Below are positions 1 to 12,883 of a stretch of 64,000 bases of DNA, in pieces (within the stretch, counting starts at the first letter, position 1; each line of letters starts with the position of its first letter). The translations under genes were made by a program, and so were the position numbers. This stretch comes from Takakia lepidozioides (Eukaryota; Plantae; Bryophyta). Under the pieces are notes generated by a model. That model saw only the letters and a list, made by a program, of their open reading frames with translations, searched no databases and was not told the DNA's origin. Location: contig CM060732.1 in assembly GCA_030704615.1 (NCBI GenBank), positions 31,310,001 to 31,374,000 on the forward strand. The letters run 5' to 3'.

Positions 1-33
1 AAACCATTGAGGTCCTCCAGGTAAGAGAGATTG

Positions 34-420
34 TACTCATAAGACGTTGTTTGCCGTAGCCTTGTGGCCATTGTCTCAGCACTCACACTTAAACTCCAGG
101 CTAGATGCCTACCTTTGAACAGCAAACAGATGCAGAGAAGAATGGGGGATTGCAAATGCCCGTTGTGTGGGCAATTACCAACTTTGAAAATCTCAAGGTT
201 GACCCAAAAGCCCAGGCCCTTTTGGGGCCTAGTTATGCACACAGCAGATTGATGCGTGTGTGAAGGGATTTCTAGAGTATATCTGGAAAACTCAGATCAA
301 TTATCTGTTCAAAGGTAAGTCATACGGTAGCATCCGCCCCTGACAAAGGTAGTTTTTGTCCCTTTGTGTTCCGCTCAATCTGGGCGCAGGGTCAATGGCC
401 GCAAGGCTACGGCAAACCAC
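34..420. mobile_element. Small dispersed element with inverted ends (motif gtactcataagacgttgtttgccgtagccttgtggccattg)
   Basis: The motif at 34-73 has an inverted counterpart at ~390-418. The internal part is homologous in inverted orientation to ~41600-42000 and 42044-42260. Further motif copies lie at ~2756, 3126, 4667 and 60466. Confidence 0.6.
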
Positions 421-1277
421 GTGTTAGGAGTACATTCTCTCTTATCTAATGTTCTACTTCATCTCATGGGCCCTAGGGGTCCCCTTGGACATTCAAAAGT
501 TCCTTTCTATTTCTCTAAGATTCTTTTTTCTTTGTCCTCTATCCCTCTTGGGGCTCCTGTAGATGGAGGACAATATTCTAGCTTTTCACATGGGCCCTTG
601 TGCCCACTTGCACATCATAGAAGTTGATGGATCTGATTTTTTCCTTTCTTTCTCTGTGTCCTACATATCATGAGGTCGGGCTCTACTGTCTCTTTAGAAA
701 CTTGCAAGCGTGGGAGAGACGTTCAGCTTTGAGGACCAGTAGTGTCTAGTAGTGTCTAGCAGCTTACCTGCACGACGCATTGTGTCTTCAGGTGACGTTC
801 GGTGTATTTTAATATTTCTTTTGGTTGGTGTCCTTTGTCGTTCTACTTTGTCCCATGGGCATGGGGCCCCCTGTGGGGTTGTTATATTCTTTCTTTCAAA
901 TTTTTTTTATCTTGGGGTCTTTGTAGGTTCTCTGGTCAGACCAAGTGCTCATGTAGTTTGAAAAGTCTTGTTTGTGGCACTGTGACTGGAAAGGTTGATT
1001 GAGTTGATAGTATGACAACAAATTTCCATGAGATTTGAATATCTTTTCTTTCCAAAGTGAGTTTCTCTGCCAATATGTTCCTATGGAGTTGCAGTCAAGA
1101 ATGACAGCCCATCCTCCCCACTTCTATTTCAAGTGTTATTACTTTAGATACACATTGTCCTCAAACGGTGTTGACATTCATTAGGGTCGGTTGCATCCCC
1201 TTATTATTTAAACAAGTCCAACGCTTGTCATAAATGAAGTTGGGATGAGATTACTGACTCAGCAATTGGCTCTCCAG

Positions 1278-4200
1278 ATAAAAACAAGCCAAACCTATCT
1301 GAAGTTACATGGTGGGTACGAGCGGTTGCAGATTACATTGTTTTTAAGTGCGGGGTACTCATCACATCTCTTTTCGTCTTCTTCACAACCACCATGTCTG
1401 TCTCCTTCACCTTGAGGGAGACCCAGGCCCGTATGCTGAAGTTCACTGGTAAGAGCCTCATTTGTGCTCAGCGACCATAGGCATACTTCAGGGAGCATGT
1501 ATAGGAATTGGAGGGAACAATACTGCCTCGTTTTGACAGATTGCTGTTATTGCTATCTTCGTCTGTTGGAGTTCATGAAACTTTGGGATAGTTCAAGTCT
1601 GAACACTCTTTCTTGGACTTTATCACTCCCTGTGTTGTGAGACTGACATAATGACAAAGACGAGGTGGCAAGTAAAAGGTAGTAGGTAATAACCAGCAAC
1701 AAGAGGTAGTAAACAGACCTAGAGTATCCTTACTACCTTCGAAAGCATTAATTATGCCCCAAACCTCCTCTGAAAGAATCTTTGGAACAGAATGTTAGGC
1801 TTAACCTTCATCAATCCTGTGTAATGCGGGAAGGACCTAGGCACCCAGTTAGCAGTGTTCTGCCTCAGCCGGGGTGTCTCTTTCTCCTTCCTGTGTACTT
1901 TTTGGATCCAGAGTAGAGCTGACAGCTGAACAAAGAATGTTTTGGTCTTGGATGTGGGTCACAGTGCAGCTGCAGCACCATGCCCGTCATCGTCTTCCCA
2001 CATATCGCCTCATCTTTGTCCATGTGGTTGAGTCCCTTGTCTTCGTCCCGGTGAGTGCAAAACAGATTCACGATCTGTTTGGTGTTCTCAAATTTGGAGC
2101 CATAACCATTTCAGCTGAATTCTTGTGCAATCCTGGAAGTTCTTTCTTGACAGCATTAGCTGGGGGTGGCAGAGGAAGCCTGAAGGGCTTGGTCCCTCTG
2201 GGATAGTGAATGCAATAAATAGAATTTACAAGTTGGCGTACTTGTAAACTGTCAGTTTCAGTCCTACTGCTGTAGCCCCCAATGTGGCAACAGATTTGAG
2301 AGTGCCAGTCATATTTTATCTAGTGAATGCAAGAATATGGAGAGAGCAGGAGAAAGAGCGAAAGAATGAGTCCATGGGCACATGAGATGGAGGAGTAGAT
2401 GAGACCACATCAGGAGATTCCAAATATCGCTCTTAGAAGGGAGAGAATTATGCAGGAAATCATGTTTGTTTATCTTTGCCTGGGGTTGGAGGGCACAGAT
2501 AATGATAGGCATCCTCTTTTTCTTGTTCGAGTTCTTTGATGATCAACTCCTGGCATTCATGGTCCTCACCCTGGTCTGGCTGTGTGAACTTTTCACGATG
2601 ATCAGGCAAGACCTTGTTTTTCTCAACTTGGACAATAGCTTTGGTATTTGTTAGTCTGCTATTGTTGTGCTTCGGTTATATAAGGCTCATATATTCATTG
2701 GCATTTCTCTGTGTGGTTGGTGTGAGGTGTGAGAGGGAGAGAGAGTAACTAGAGTGTACTCATAGGACGTTGTTTGCCATAGCCTTGTGGCCATTGACCC
2801 CGCGCCCAGTTTGAGTGAGAGAGAGTAATTAGACATAGATCACGTGTGCTGGAGGCCCAAGGGACATGGAACTGGAATAGAACCAAAGACAGAAAGACAG
2901 ACATAATTCTGTTCCATCCATGGTGGGCCGAGATGGCTGTGCAGAAAGTAGAGTTACCTTAAGGAATCAGAAAGGACATCCAAGCACCCCATGTGTGGGT
3001 AAGGAATTAAGAAATTTATAACATCCACAGGAACATGCCCAAAGACAAAGTGCCCCATGCAGGTAAGCTGCATGTCCTCATAAGTGAGAAGGAAATAATG
3101 TCCATAGAAAACCCAAGGAGAATGTCCTTATAAGATGTTCTCCGTAGCCTTGTCGCCATAGACCTTATGCCTCATTTTGGCTGGAGGAAAAACCCAAGGA
3201 GAAAGAGAAATGAAATAAAATGGTGCTTTATAACGTCCGCGGAAAGCTCATAGAGCTTTCTCAAAGAGAGAAAGAGTGCAGGCTTTATATTTTTCTCCAT
3301 AGCCTTGCCTCTGCCTTGTATTGATGGGTAGGAAAGAGAAGAGCCAACACCATGGGGTTTACCATTACCAGGAAGGTCGCTTGGAAGATACTTTTATATT
3401 TAAAGGCTTTGCTTCCAAAATTACTGTAGAAAGACCTTCTAAGAGCTGTAGTCAGCAACTGTTTCCTGTCAATGTTGGCCGTGTCTTGCCTCTCAGCATT
3501 ATTAGGTCTTGCACCGGATGCTTTGTATGCGTATGTGTGAGTGGGAGTGAAATGTTTTCTTACAACCCATGGGATGCCACACAGTAATGTTCAAATCAAA
3601 TCCAAGAGGTTGCAATGAGGACAGAGTGCCTGGTTTGGGTGAGTTGCTAAGAGGGGTTAACATAACTGAAGACCTCAGAGAATAACAAGGAATGTCAGCA
3701 TTATCTTTCTCCAACCTCAAAGTAGGTGAGTTAAGAAAGAGGATGGTAATTCAGTCCCCAATTTTCGGATTTAAAAGTGGATTCATCCTATCCTGGTAAG
3801 ATATCCAGTCAAATCTAATATTTTGAAACCAGCGTAAGCTGGCTTGTCAGTCCCCAAGTTTGTTTCCATATGAAAATCGATCATTTCTGCTCTGCTTGGC
3901 AGTGACATCCGGTGGTGGATGAAAATGAGCAGAGTCTCCTCATTTTGACCAGGTCGGTGGAGCAATGTTTGCAGTGGCTGCAGAAGCCACCTTCAGTAAA
4001 CCCTCCTGGGCTAGTCGTTAGGTCAAGAAAAAGCCCTCGGTGGCAGCCAATGTATTGGTAACAAATGGAGCCGGTGTCGGAAGATGAGAACCCTGAAGAT
4101 TACCTCATACACAAAGGGAAGAGTGCCACATCACGTCAATTGAAATGACATAGTCCTCATTAGTGCTCTATAATCCCTGGGAAATAGCCTTGTGGAAATT

Positions 4201-7145
4201 CCATTGCCACTTCCGTTGAGTCTCAGGGAGCCAAGGTCCCTAATATCCCAGGCACGTAAGGCTGACTCAGCTTTAAAATGAGAGAAACTAATTTATCACT
4301 TCCAGGAATACAATGGATACGTGGGATGTAAGACTTCTGTGGGATACATTACTAGAAAGACAACCAAGAGAATGTCTGAAAATCCAAAGGTTGCTCTGAC
4401 ACAAAAGAATAGGAAATAGAAACTTAATGTAAAGTCCAGGGGCCTCCAGGAGCCCATGGCACAAAGTAGATGAAGAAACCAGATCAAAAGACTCCAAGGT
4501 CTACTTGACAACAAGTGCCTCATGCAGGTAAGCTGCCAGACACTTCATGGTCCGCAAAGCTGAACACCTCTGCCAAAGATGGGGAGTCCCTGAATTGTAA
4601 GAAGGAAAGACCTTGAAGATGCACTAGGGGTGTCCTATGTAGAGAGTGAAGTATCCATTAGATTCCATGGCCTTGTGGCCATGGGCTTGACAGGTTTGGA
4701 CAGAGCTCAAAAGCCTGAGAGAGAGGAGGGGAGGACCAGCAGGGGTGCCACTAGTCAATGGAAGGTTTGTACTGAGACTGAACCAATAAAGGTGCTGCTG
4801 ACTTTCCAGATTTCCTTTGCAAGTATTGAGATAAGGACTTTATGCCAATCTTATAGAGAAAAGAAGAATAGTGCTGCTTTGTTTCCGGGGTGGGCTTTCT
4901 GTTGCTGGCCCCATATGCATTTCTATCTAACACTCACTGAGTGGACTATGTGTGGGTTGGAGTGGAATGTGCAGTGTGCGGACACCTCTTTCAATGCAGT
5001 ATTTCCCTCGCTTCTTTTTTCTCTATTTCATGGTCTTCCATGTCTATTTTTTTTCCTACACTTATGGTATGTTTTCAACACATGTAGCTAATATACTAGC
5101 TAACATGACTTGCATAACTCCAATTTCACCCTCAGGTCAGTGATGAGATGCCTCTTGGGCTCCTATATGCACCATTTTGGTCTAAGATTTTGTTGAGTGC
5201 ATCCAGTCTTTCTTCTAAGATGTTCGGTACTACTTTTGTCCCTGTCTTGAGGCCAGTTCAGCTCAACCTAATCTTATGTTTTTTAGCATCATGAAACTGC
5301 TGCTAAATTTTCATACTGAGTATGTTAACTTTAGCATGACAATCCCAACACTTAACTGAAGCTTCAAGTGAAAACAAAAGATGTTAGACCTGGCCGAATG
5401 CCTCCTACTTTCCATACTCTGAATGGTTATCTCAATATAAACCTCAGTCCAAAGAAGATGCTTGTGTAGGTGGAATACTCTGGTTATGTTGATTGCGATA
5501 AGAATAATATTACTGGATATGCATTTGACAAGACCAGTATGGACAGACCACTTCAATTGGAATACACTAGGATTTAGAACTAATCTGCCACCTGGATCTC
5601 CCATACTTGCATTGGTCATGGCTTGATTTGTTACTGTTTGGCCAGGCTTCTCGTATCTGGCATTCTCTACAACAGGGGCTTTCATGCAGCATCTTGTCCT
5701 CTACTTCTGGAACCGGTTTGAGGTACACTCTCTATTCTGACTTTCTTCACAAGGCTGCACCATAGGGCTTGAAATACAGCTTTGTGATACACTCTTGGGG
5801 ACAAGGGTTGAACTTCCACTTCCACTTTTGTCTAAATAAATAGAAAGCATTCATACAGACAGAATGAGGCTAGGGGTTTGTCACATGCAGCTCAAACAGC
5901 AGGCAGGTAGGGACTGAAAGCCTTTCTCTTTGTAATAGCTGTCAAACGCGATCGACTATCCATTTCAATTTCATTTGTATAGCAACTCCCTTAGTAGAGG
6001 TTTGACTTGACTAGCATGCCCCAGTTCTCAGCTGATGAACGCAGTTTTGAGAGCTGTGAGATGACGTATGCCACACATAGTGGGCTTTCCATGTTGACCT
6101 GAAAGTAGCAAAATCCAAGTGCTGAGAAGTGTTTTTTTCTTGTTTTTCTGGCCAGCCTTTCATCTGTTATCTCAACATGTATCCGCCCTGTATACATGAT
6201 CCTTTCTCTTTCGTGAAGCCTATGACTGGTGGGTATTGTGATGGGATCATAGTGGGGAACAGTTAGCGAGTATGACTCTTTGCACAAGGACTAGTCCTAT
6301 ATTTTGTATTTCTGTGGTATATGGTAGACTTTCTAGCCATTTTCTTCCATGAATGATCTGAGCTGAAAATAAATGCTTAGGATTTACCCTCACAAGAACA
6401 TCCCAGGGGAGAGAAAGAAGGCTTGTACTTGTACTACCTTAAGCTTGTGTCTCTCTCTCCAAATCATTCTGGGTGTGAGCCTTGAATGATAACAAGTGGC
6501 TATGGTCTAAATTAGGTACCGGCACTTCAGAGCTTTCTGCGTCGAAGGGCACTGTTGCAGCAACAGGGACTCCATCTCACATCCTCTACCATCTTCACAT
6601 CTACCACTCTTCTTAGGGGCTCCAGAGGTCCGAGTGGTCCTGTGTCTGGGGACAGTATAGTTGATTCTGGTGCTGACCAGGGTCCTGAGGGTAGTGTTAC
6701 CAATCGCACTGTATTAAGCAGTGGTCTTACTGGACCTGGTGTTGATGCCCAAACAGTAAGCGTCGGCACGGATCCTAGTCAAAGGACGGATATGAACTCT
6801 TGGAATCCGTATACAGATGTAGATGGGGTACAGACGGATACTGAGACAGAGAGTTTGTACAGTGGTATGGAAAGGATTACAGGGTCTAGACCACAGGATT
6901 CCACATTGGCAAGCCCGCTTTTGCACCCTTCTCTCCCATATCGTTCAGTGTTGCCATGGGTGTTGGGGAGCCCTTCCCTTCTCCTCCCCATTTTTCAGGA
7001 GTTTAGAGGCAGCAACCTTGGATTTGAACCTGCAGTCATCACAGAATCAGGCAGCTCAGATTCTGTAGTCCTTCCAAATGCATCTGAAAGTGGTGATGTC
7101 CTCACAAATCCTGAGGGCTTGAGGTTACGACACATCAGAAACTAG
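1278..7145 (+). CDS. TMEM259: Membralin-like (TMEM259 family) membrane protein, 3' exons: 1278-1448, 1965-2050, 2499-2605, 4975-5066, 5646-5722, 6516-7145; 5' exons not located (upstream or outside the window)
   Basis: The spliced translation is continuous: FKCGVLITSLFVFFTTTMSVSFTLRETQARMLKFT-VQLQHHARHRLPTYRLIFVHVVESLVFVP-IMIGILFFLFEFFDDQLLAFMVLTLVWLCELFTMI-SVRTPLSMQYFPRFFFLYF...-GFSYLAFSTTGAFMQHLVLYFWNRFE-VPALQ. I recognise this as plant membralin. Intron phases are compatible; boundaries are GT-AG except a GC donor at 2606. Confidence 0.9.
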
Positions 7146-7969
7146 TTGATCAGAGCCGCCACCCACAGCATCCGATCCTGGATGTAGTGTAGGCTTTTTA
7201 GTGTTTGATAAAATATCAAATTAACATAGGGAAGGGTAGGGATTCTTACCACGACTTAGATGTACAAGTTTGCTTGGTGACATCTGCAAGCTAACCAGAC
7301 AATGTGATGTAGTCGCTTCATTTTCCAACCCTTGGAGTTTGTCCATTCAGTATAACTGGAAGATGTACTTTTTTTGTTCTAATTTAATTCTTTATTGTAT
7401 GATAGGCAACTAGTTTTTGTTGCCTCAGCAATAAGTATCCCTTGAAAATTATGGATGGCAAGTTGTTACTGAAATGGGCAAATTTTATTCAAAAGGCAAA
7501 GAGTTTTGGAGGCTTACTCTGCTGTTGTAGAGGTTTATTATATGGTGCAGTTAGGGCACCAAGTGCCACTGCTGATTTGGTATGAAGAATCGGCAGTGGC
7601 TGTGAGGGAATGCATAGGGAACTCAAAGGAGCATAGGGTCCCCATTTCCTAACTCCAGATACAGGCGGCCTAGCAGATTTAGCCCTACGCAGCCTACTAT
7701 GGACTAGGGAGGCGAGACTGGCGGGGCACCAGCAGTACCCGCGTCTCGGCACTCCTGGTGCCCGGCTACACCCCGTAGCCGGTCAAGCCTCCCCGTCTGC
7801 CGGACATAATGGAGGTGGTGGTGGGCTCTGGCGGGTGGCAGGCCTGTCCAGGACTAATTAAACGCTGCCACGTAGGCAAAATGCCTCCAAATCTCGGTTA
7901 TGTAGTACGGAAAGCACTGCCAAAAAAAATTCTTTGTGTTTACCGTGCCGTTAAAAAGCAGAATTCATC

Positions 7970-8200
7970 GCGGTGCATTCTGCATTTCGGAATGCACCCC
8001 ATCAACTCCCTCGAGTGCATTCCGAAATGCAGAATACACCGGACATTAATTTTTTTTTTAAATTCTGTGGCAGTTCTTTACGTAGGGTACTGCCCTGAGT
8101 GGAGGGCATTCCCGGATTTGCGGGCCTTCCCCTGGGGCTACCGCCCTCTGCGTCAGGCCCTTAAATCCGGGAATGCCCTCCACTCAGGGCATTACCCTAC
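7970..8200. repeat. Two adjacent long inverted repeats (arms ~27 bp at 7970-8041; arms ~38 bp at 8082-8200) in a GC-rich probable TE remnant
   Basis: cggtgcattctgcatttcggaatgcac pairs with gtgcattccgaaatgcagaatacaccg; gtagggtactgccctgagtggagggcattcccggattt pairs with aaatccgggaatgccctccactcagggcattaccctac. Confidence 0.85.
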
Positions 8201-10154
8201 TCTACATAAATACTTAGTGCATGTCAAAGTGCATGATGCGTCATCCAGTCTTGTTATCAAGATGCCCATTTGAGGGGTGTGATGGTGGTCACTACGCCAT
8301 ATTGCCTACTCATAGTACTTTGGGGCCGTCCCGGGGAGGGGAGGGGCGGGCACGGGTGCTGCCGGAGGGGGTCGCGAGGCTGCCCGCGAGCGGAGCCTGC
8401 CCCCTCAGTTGACCGACCGGTCTTGACGATGACGTGTACTATAGCATCCTATTCCTACTATACAATAAAACTAGCTTCCGACCTTCAGTTGTTACTAGAA
8501 CTAATGGGGTGTGGAATATACATTCCACACCTAATAACCTTTTGTTTCAACTTCTGAAGGGCTTTTTCAATCCATTAGTATCCATGTTTTTAACACTTTC
8601 CACCTCAAGTATTTCTCAAATTTTAGGAACCCTCAAGTCCCTTTGGATATTCCATCAAGTTGTATACCATTTTACATCCACTGAGATTAAAGATTGCAAA
8701 AATTTATAGAATTAATTGATATTATTGGAGTACGAACTCACTTCCAGAGAATCACAACAAAAAAACTAATGTTGTGCTGATATGTGCCAATTGACCTGGG
8801 TATGTGCCTTGGTCTGAGTAAAGGTATCAAAGGACCAACCAATGGGGGGTGTCATTAAGCAAATACCATGTTGTCTGCAGAGTTTAGGGTTTAGGAAAAA
8901 TGCCTAACCACCTGCAAACCATAGTCGCAGACATATGGCTATTGGTGATGTTGCAATTCAGACCAATACTGAGGGGTGAGCAGTTGAAGATGGGAGGGGT
9001 AGACATTATGACGTTATGATGCTTGTAAAATTTATTTTATTTACTGGAACTTATCTTTATGCTTGGTTTTTCTGCCTCTTTTCAGTGCGGTATGATGCAT
9101 GTGGGGCTCAAACATACCCCTATACATATCACCCCAGTACGTGAATTCAATTTCAGACCTATTCCTACCTGGAATCCAGGTATGTCCCACATGGAAATAC
9201 TCATATCAGCCACGTACCCTACCCACGCCACTGTGGATCTACACTAGGCCCTACCAGCTTGGCCTTAGAGGTCCATTAGGCATACCAGTACAACACTAAA
9301 AATAACGTCTCATTTTCTTACAAACTTCCAGTGAGGATAATTGATAAATACATCATCTTTCCAATCGACAAGAAGTCTTATTACAAGTGCTTTTTAAATT
9401 GCATGTATTTTAAATTACATGACCAGTAGTCAGTCCCTCAGTTGGATAGTGCACTAAGTGCCACCCAAAGGATTCTGGGGTCAAATCTTGCTATCTTGAC
9501 GGGTGTGGTATGTTCTTCTCTCCCTTCGAGGTTACTGTGAAAGAGGTTATTTTCTCCTCTCACTATTAAAGGGCCTGATTTGTGAGCTGTCGGTTAGAGA
9601 GCCATTTCGTCAAAGGCAACCACTCTGCAGGGTATTCAAAATATTTCCATATCAACAAAACAATTACCCAAAAATCCATGATTTTTTTTCCCATGCAACT
9701 CTAATTCACAATTAGTACTAAGATTTATGGTTCTCAATTACATCATGTTTGGAGAAATACAAATTATCTGTTTTTTTTTGTTTTTTTTGTTTTTTTGCCA
9801 ACTGTGGGATTAAGCCCTGATAAACTTTATTGTAAAATGTTTTTGGGGGAACAGGGCCCTTACACATTATTTGGGATTATTATGGGGAAAAAAATTAAGA
9901 CCCCTTAAACGTCATAAGGCACATACACCGTTTTCAGTGATTTAATAACTTGGCTTGAGAACCATTCCTTTGAATCTCAAAGACAACTGTGACGACATAC
10001 AGAATCATACGTCCTATGCATTAATACTAGAGGCAAGTCATAAGTAGGTGGGTCCGACCAAGAAATGCCATGGGGATTAGCAACTATCCAATCCCCTAGG
10101 GTTATTAGTTTCAACGGTAATTGAGCCTAGATACTGTCGCTGAGGACTTAATGT

Positions 10155-10505
10155 TGTCAAGTTAAATAAGCACAGTGTGAAACTAACTAGAATAAAGCTA
10201 GTTATTTGTATTTAACACTTGGATTTAGGTCAAGTGTTAAATCAGGTGTCAAGTTTAGTTTGACACCTGAACTGTCTTATCTTCACGAGAGCGTCAATCG
10301 CGCAGCTCATCTCTCTCGAGTTGAGCATGCGCGACCGAGCTCCTTCATGCTTAGAATCTGAGTGTGCTTATGTAGGGGTATAGGTTGTTGTGGGGTGGAG
10401 TCCCCATAGCTTGGGGTGCCCCTGGCTCGACTATTATCTTAAAGAGTGATGTTGAGGGATTTCATGTTTCTTGTGTGAACAGTGTGTCCTTTAGCTTTCT
10501 TATCA
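10155..10505 (+). repeat. Terminal repeat segment A1 (351 bp)
   Basis: Direct copy at 19233-19583 of the same length; I see 4 substitutions. Confidence 0.95.
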
Positions 10506-10519
10506 CTCGAGAGAGATGA
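10505..10519 (+). promoter_or_regulatory. Putative self-priming primer-binding site (Tf1-like)
   Basis: actcgagagagatga, directly at the end of A1, is the exact reverse complement of tcatctctctcgagt at 10307-10321 within A1. No TGG-initiated tRNA PBS is present. Confidence 0.75.
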
Positions 10520-12883
10520 TGCTATCTAGTTTTCTTGTGCTAAGCTAGATACAATGTTTGTTTTAGCACTATTATAATATATATCTTGGGGCAGGAGTCC
10601 ATCTGGCCCTGTTGTTGCCATGGGTATGCGCTTGTTGTTTCACACATTGGCGTTGGTGGTGATCAGGGTGTAGTCATCCCTGTTTGTGGTGGCGGGTGCG
10701 CGCAGGGGGCCCTGGCAGCTCTGCTGCCTGAGCGCTGGGGCAGGCTGAGCACCCAGTAGGCCAGTCGTGCCCAACTTGTGTGGTCCGTTGTGTTGCAGCT
10801 CAAGAAGGGCCATTGGCTTATAGCCCCATTCTGGCTTGCAAGCATATTGCTGGATTCACCGTGCCCTGTAGAGACTCGCTGCCAGTGTACAGGGAAAGGT
10901 AGTCGGAGGAGGCAGGTAGGTCGTGGGCCTTCTCCACTTTCCCCTGAATGGGAATCGCCAAGGCCATCTCCATAACGAAGGCGCGGTTGTCTTTTAAGAG
11001 CGCAATGCCATCAGTCGCAGGGTGGAGGAGCTCGATTTTGAGAAGTCCAGACCATAGTTTGCTACCGTGCTTAGTAAAGGCAGTGATCGGTGAACTAGAG
11101 ATGTCCATGTGTTGTGAGGGGCCTGGCGCAGCGTACTTTTTGGGATCAGAGTGGGAGCTGCCGGCGTCACTGTTGAGCGCACTCGATGCTCGTTTGATAC
11201 CTGGGTTGTTAGCCAAGAGCACCAGGTGGCGTAGGTGTTGCAGAGCGGAGGATAATCTGGTGGTCTGACGAGTTGGTTGTCACAGGAGTTTGTGTTGCTG
11301 GAGCGCCTGGGGCATGTGTGTCATTGATCGTTGGCAAATTCTGCGCAGAGCGCGTTTGGTAGGCGCGCTCCGTTGCAAAGAACTGTTCGTCAGAGAGATG
11401 CATGTCGCTGATCTCGGCGTACCGTCTGTGTAGCCTTCCATTGTCACTTCGTTGGTTGAGTGCTGCTTTCTAGTGGAATGGGGTTTTGTGGCTCGGGATG
11501 GCCGGAGTGCAGAAGGCATGAGGGCAGTTGGACACTTGCCGCGCACTACTGAAGAGAAGGTCGTGGTGGCAGTGCTTACAGGCCACCTTGATGTGGTGGC
11601 ATTGCAACTTCCTGCCAGCCAGTACGTTAGTACTCTTTTGAGCCCCCTGAAGCATTAATTCACACACCTGATAAAGATTTCTAAGGTTGTGGTGGAAAGA
11701 ATGGTTGGCAATCTTTCCAGCCAATAGTGAAAGTTGGGACTAGCGCCTTGTGCCTCGTGGTTGGTCAAGCTGGCCACAGCAGCTTTTCTTTGTGGTTCTT
11801 TGAACTATAGGCTTGGCAACTTTTTACATGAGCCTGTGCATGGCCTTGTAAAGATGGTTAATGCAGCTGAACTCCACATTGAGCCAGCACAACAAGCTGC
11901 TGCACTTACGCCAGCCCCTTTGCAACAGCAAGCCTCCAGGCAATCTATTACTGGTCATCTCTCTTCACCCGATTCTTTGGAGGGTAGTCAAATGTCAGGC
12001 AGCTGTGAGAAAGGCCAAGCAAGAGCAGTCCAGGGAAGGATTGACAAGGTCACCAGATCTTAGGCCATTTGCTGGAAGGGAGGGGCGCTTTCTGACAGTG
12101 TCAACCTCCCAGGCTGGCGATCCTCAGGTTTTGGAGGATTGAACCTCAAGGTTGTGTTTGTTGTAGGAGAGCATGAGAGTGGGAGACTGTGGACTCACCA
12201 GGTGACACTTGGTGTATGAGCGGGATATGAGCTGAAGGGGCCCAGCTCACTACACGACCTGCTCGGTCTATGTTTACAATCCAGAACTTGAGGGCAGCCT
12301 GTGCCAACTCCATGTAAAGGCTTACACAATCAGTGATAGCAGATCTGTTGTTGCCACCTTGAAAAATCAGCACGCATGAAGGGCTGTAAGCGTTCTTGAT
12401 CAAAGCTAGTTAGCTCTGGTGCTTTCCGGGGTTGCATTGTAAGTGCTCCTGCTTTTGTTGGGAATATTGGTGCAAAGGATTAAGGCTCGGCATAGCTACG
12501 GATCTCGACTGGAGGAGAGCAGGTCACTAGTAACCAAGAGCTGTGGGGGGTGCATTTGTAAACACAACTGAAATCCTAGGAATTATAGGGCACGTGGCCA
12601 AGGAACCTAGGAAACCATATAGAACTTAGGGAACCGGGAACCAGTTACCAGATATTTTGGGTGTAACTTTAAATTTTTAAATTTGAAAACCTTTAAAAAA
12701 AAAAGGGGGCCCTTTTGATCTAAATTAAATGATTTAAAGCCAAATTGGTCATATCTTTGTCAAATGGACTATGTTTGACTCAGTTCTGGAGGGGATAGCT
12801 GCAGAAAGGGGAAATCTACCTATCTCGACCTGGTTTTAGTTTTTGGGACTCTGCTAAAAATCTATGGAATTTTTAGAGTGTGA

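Noticed and set aside
1-20. Upstream membralin exon ending at CAG/GTAAG
   Set aside because: The phase needed to join exon 1278 gives an in-frame TGA; unsupported without more sequence.
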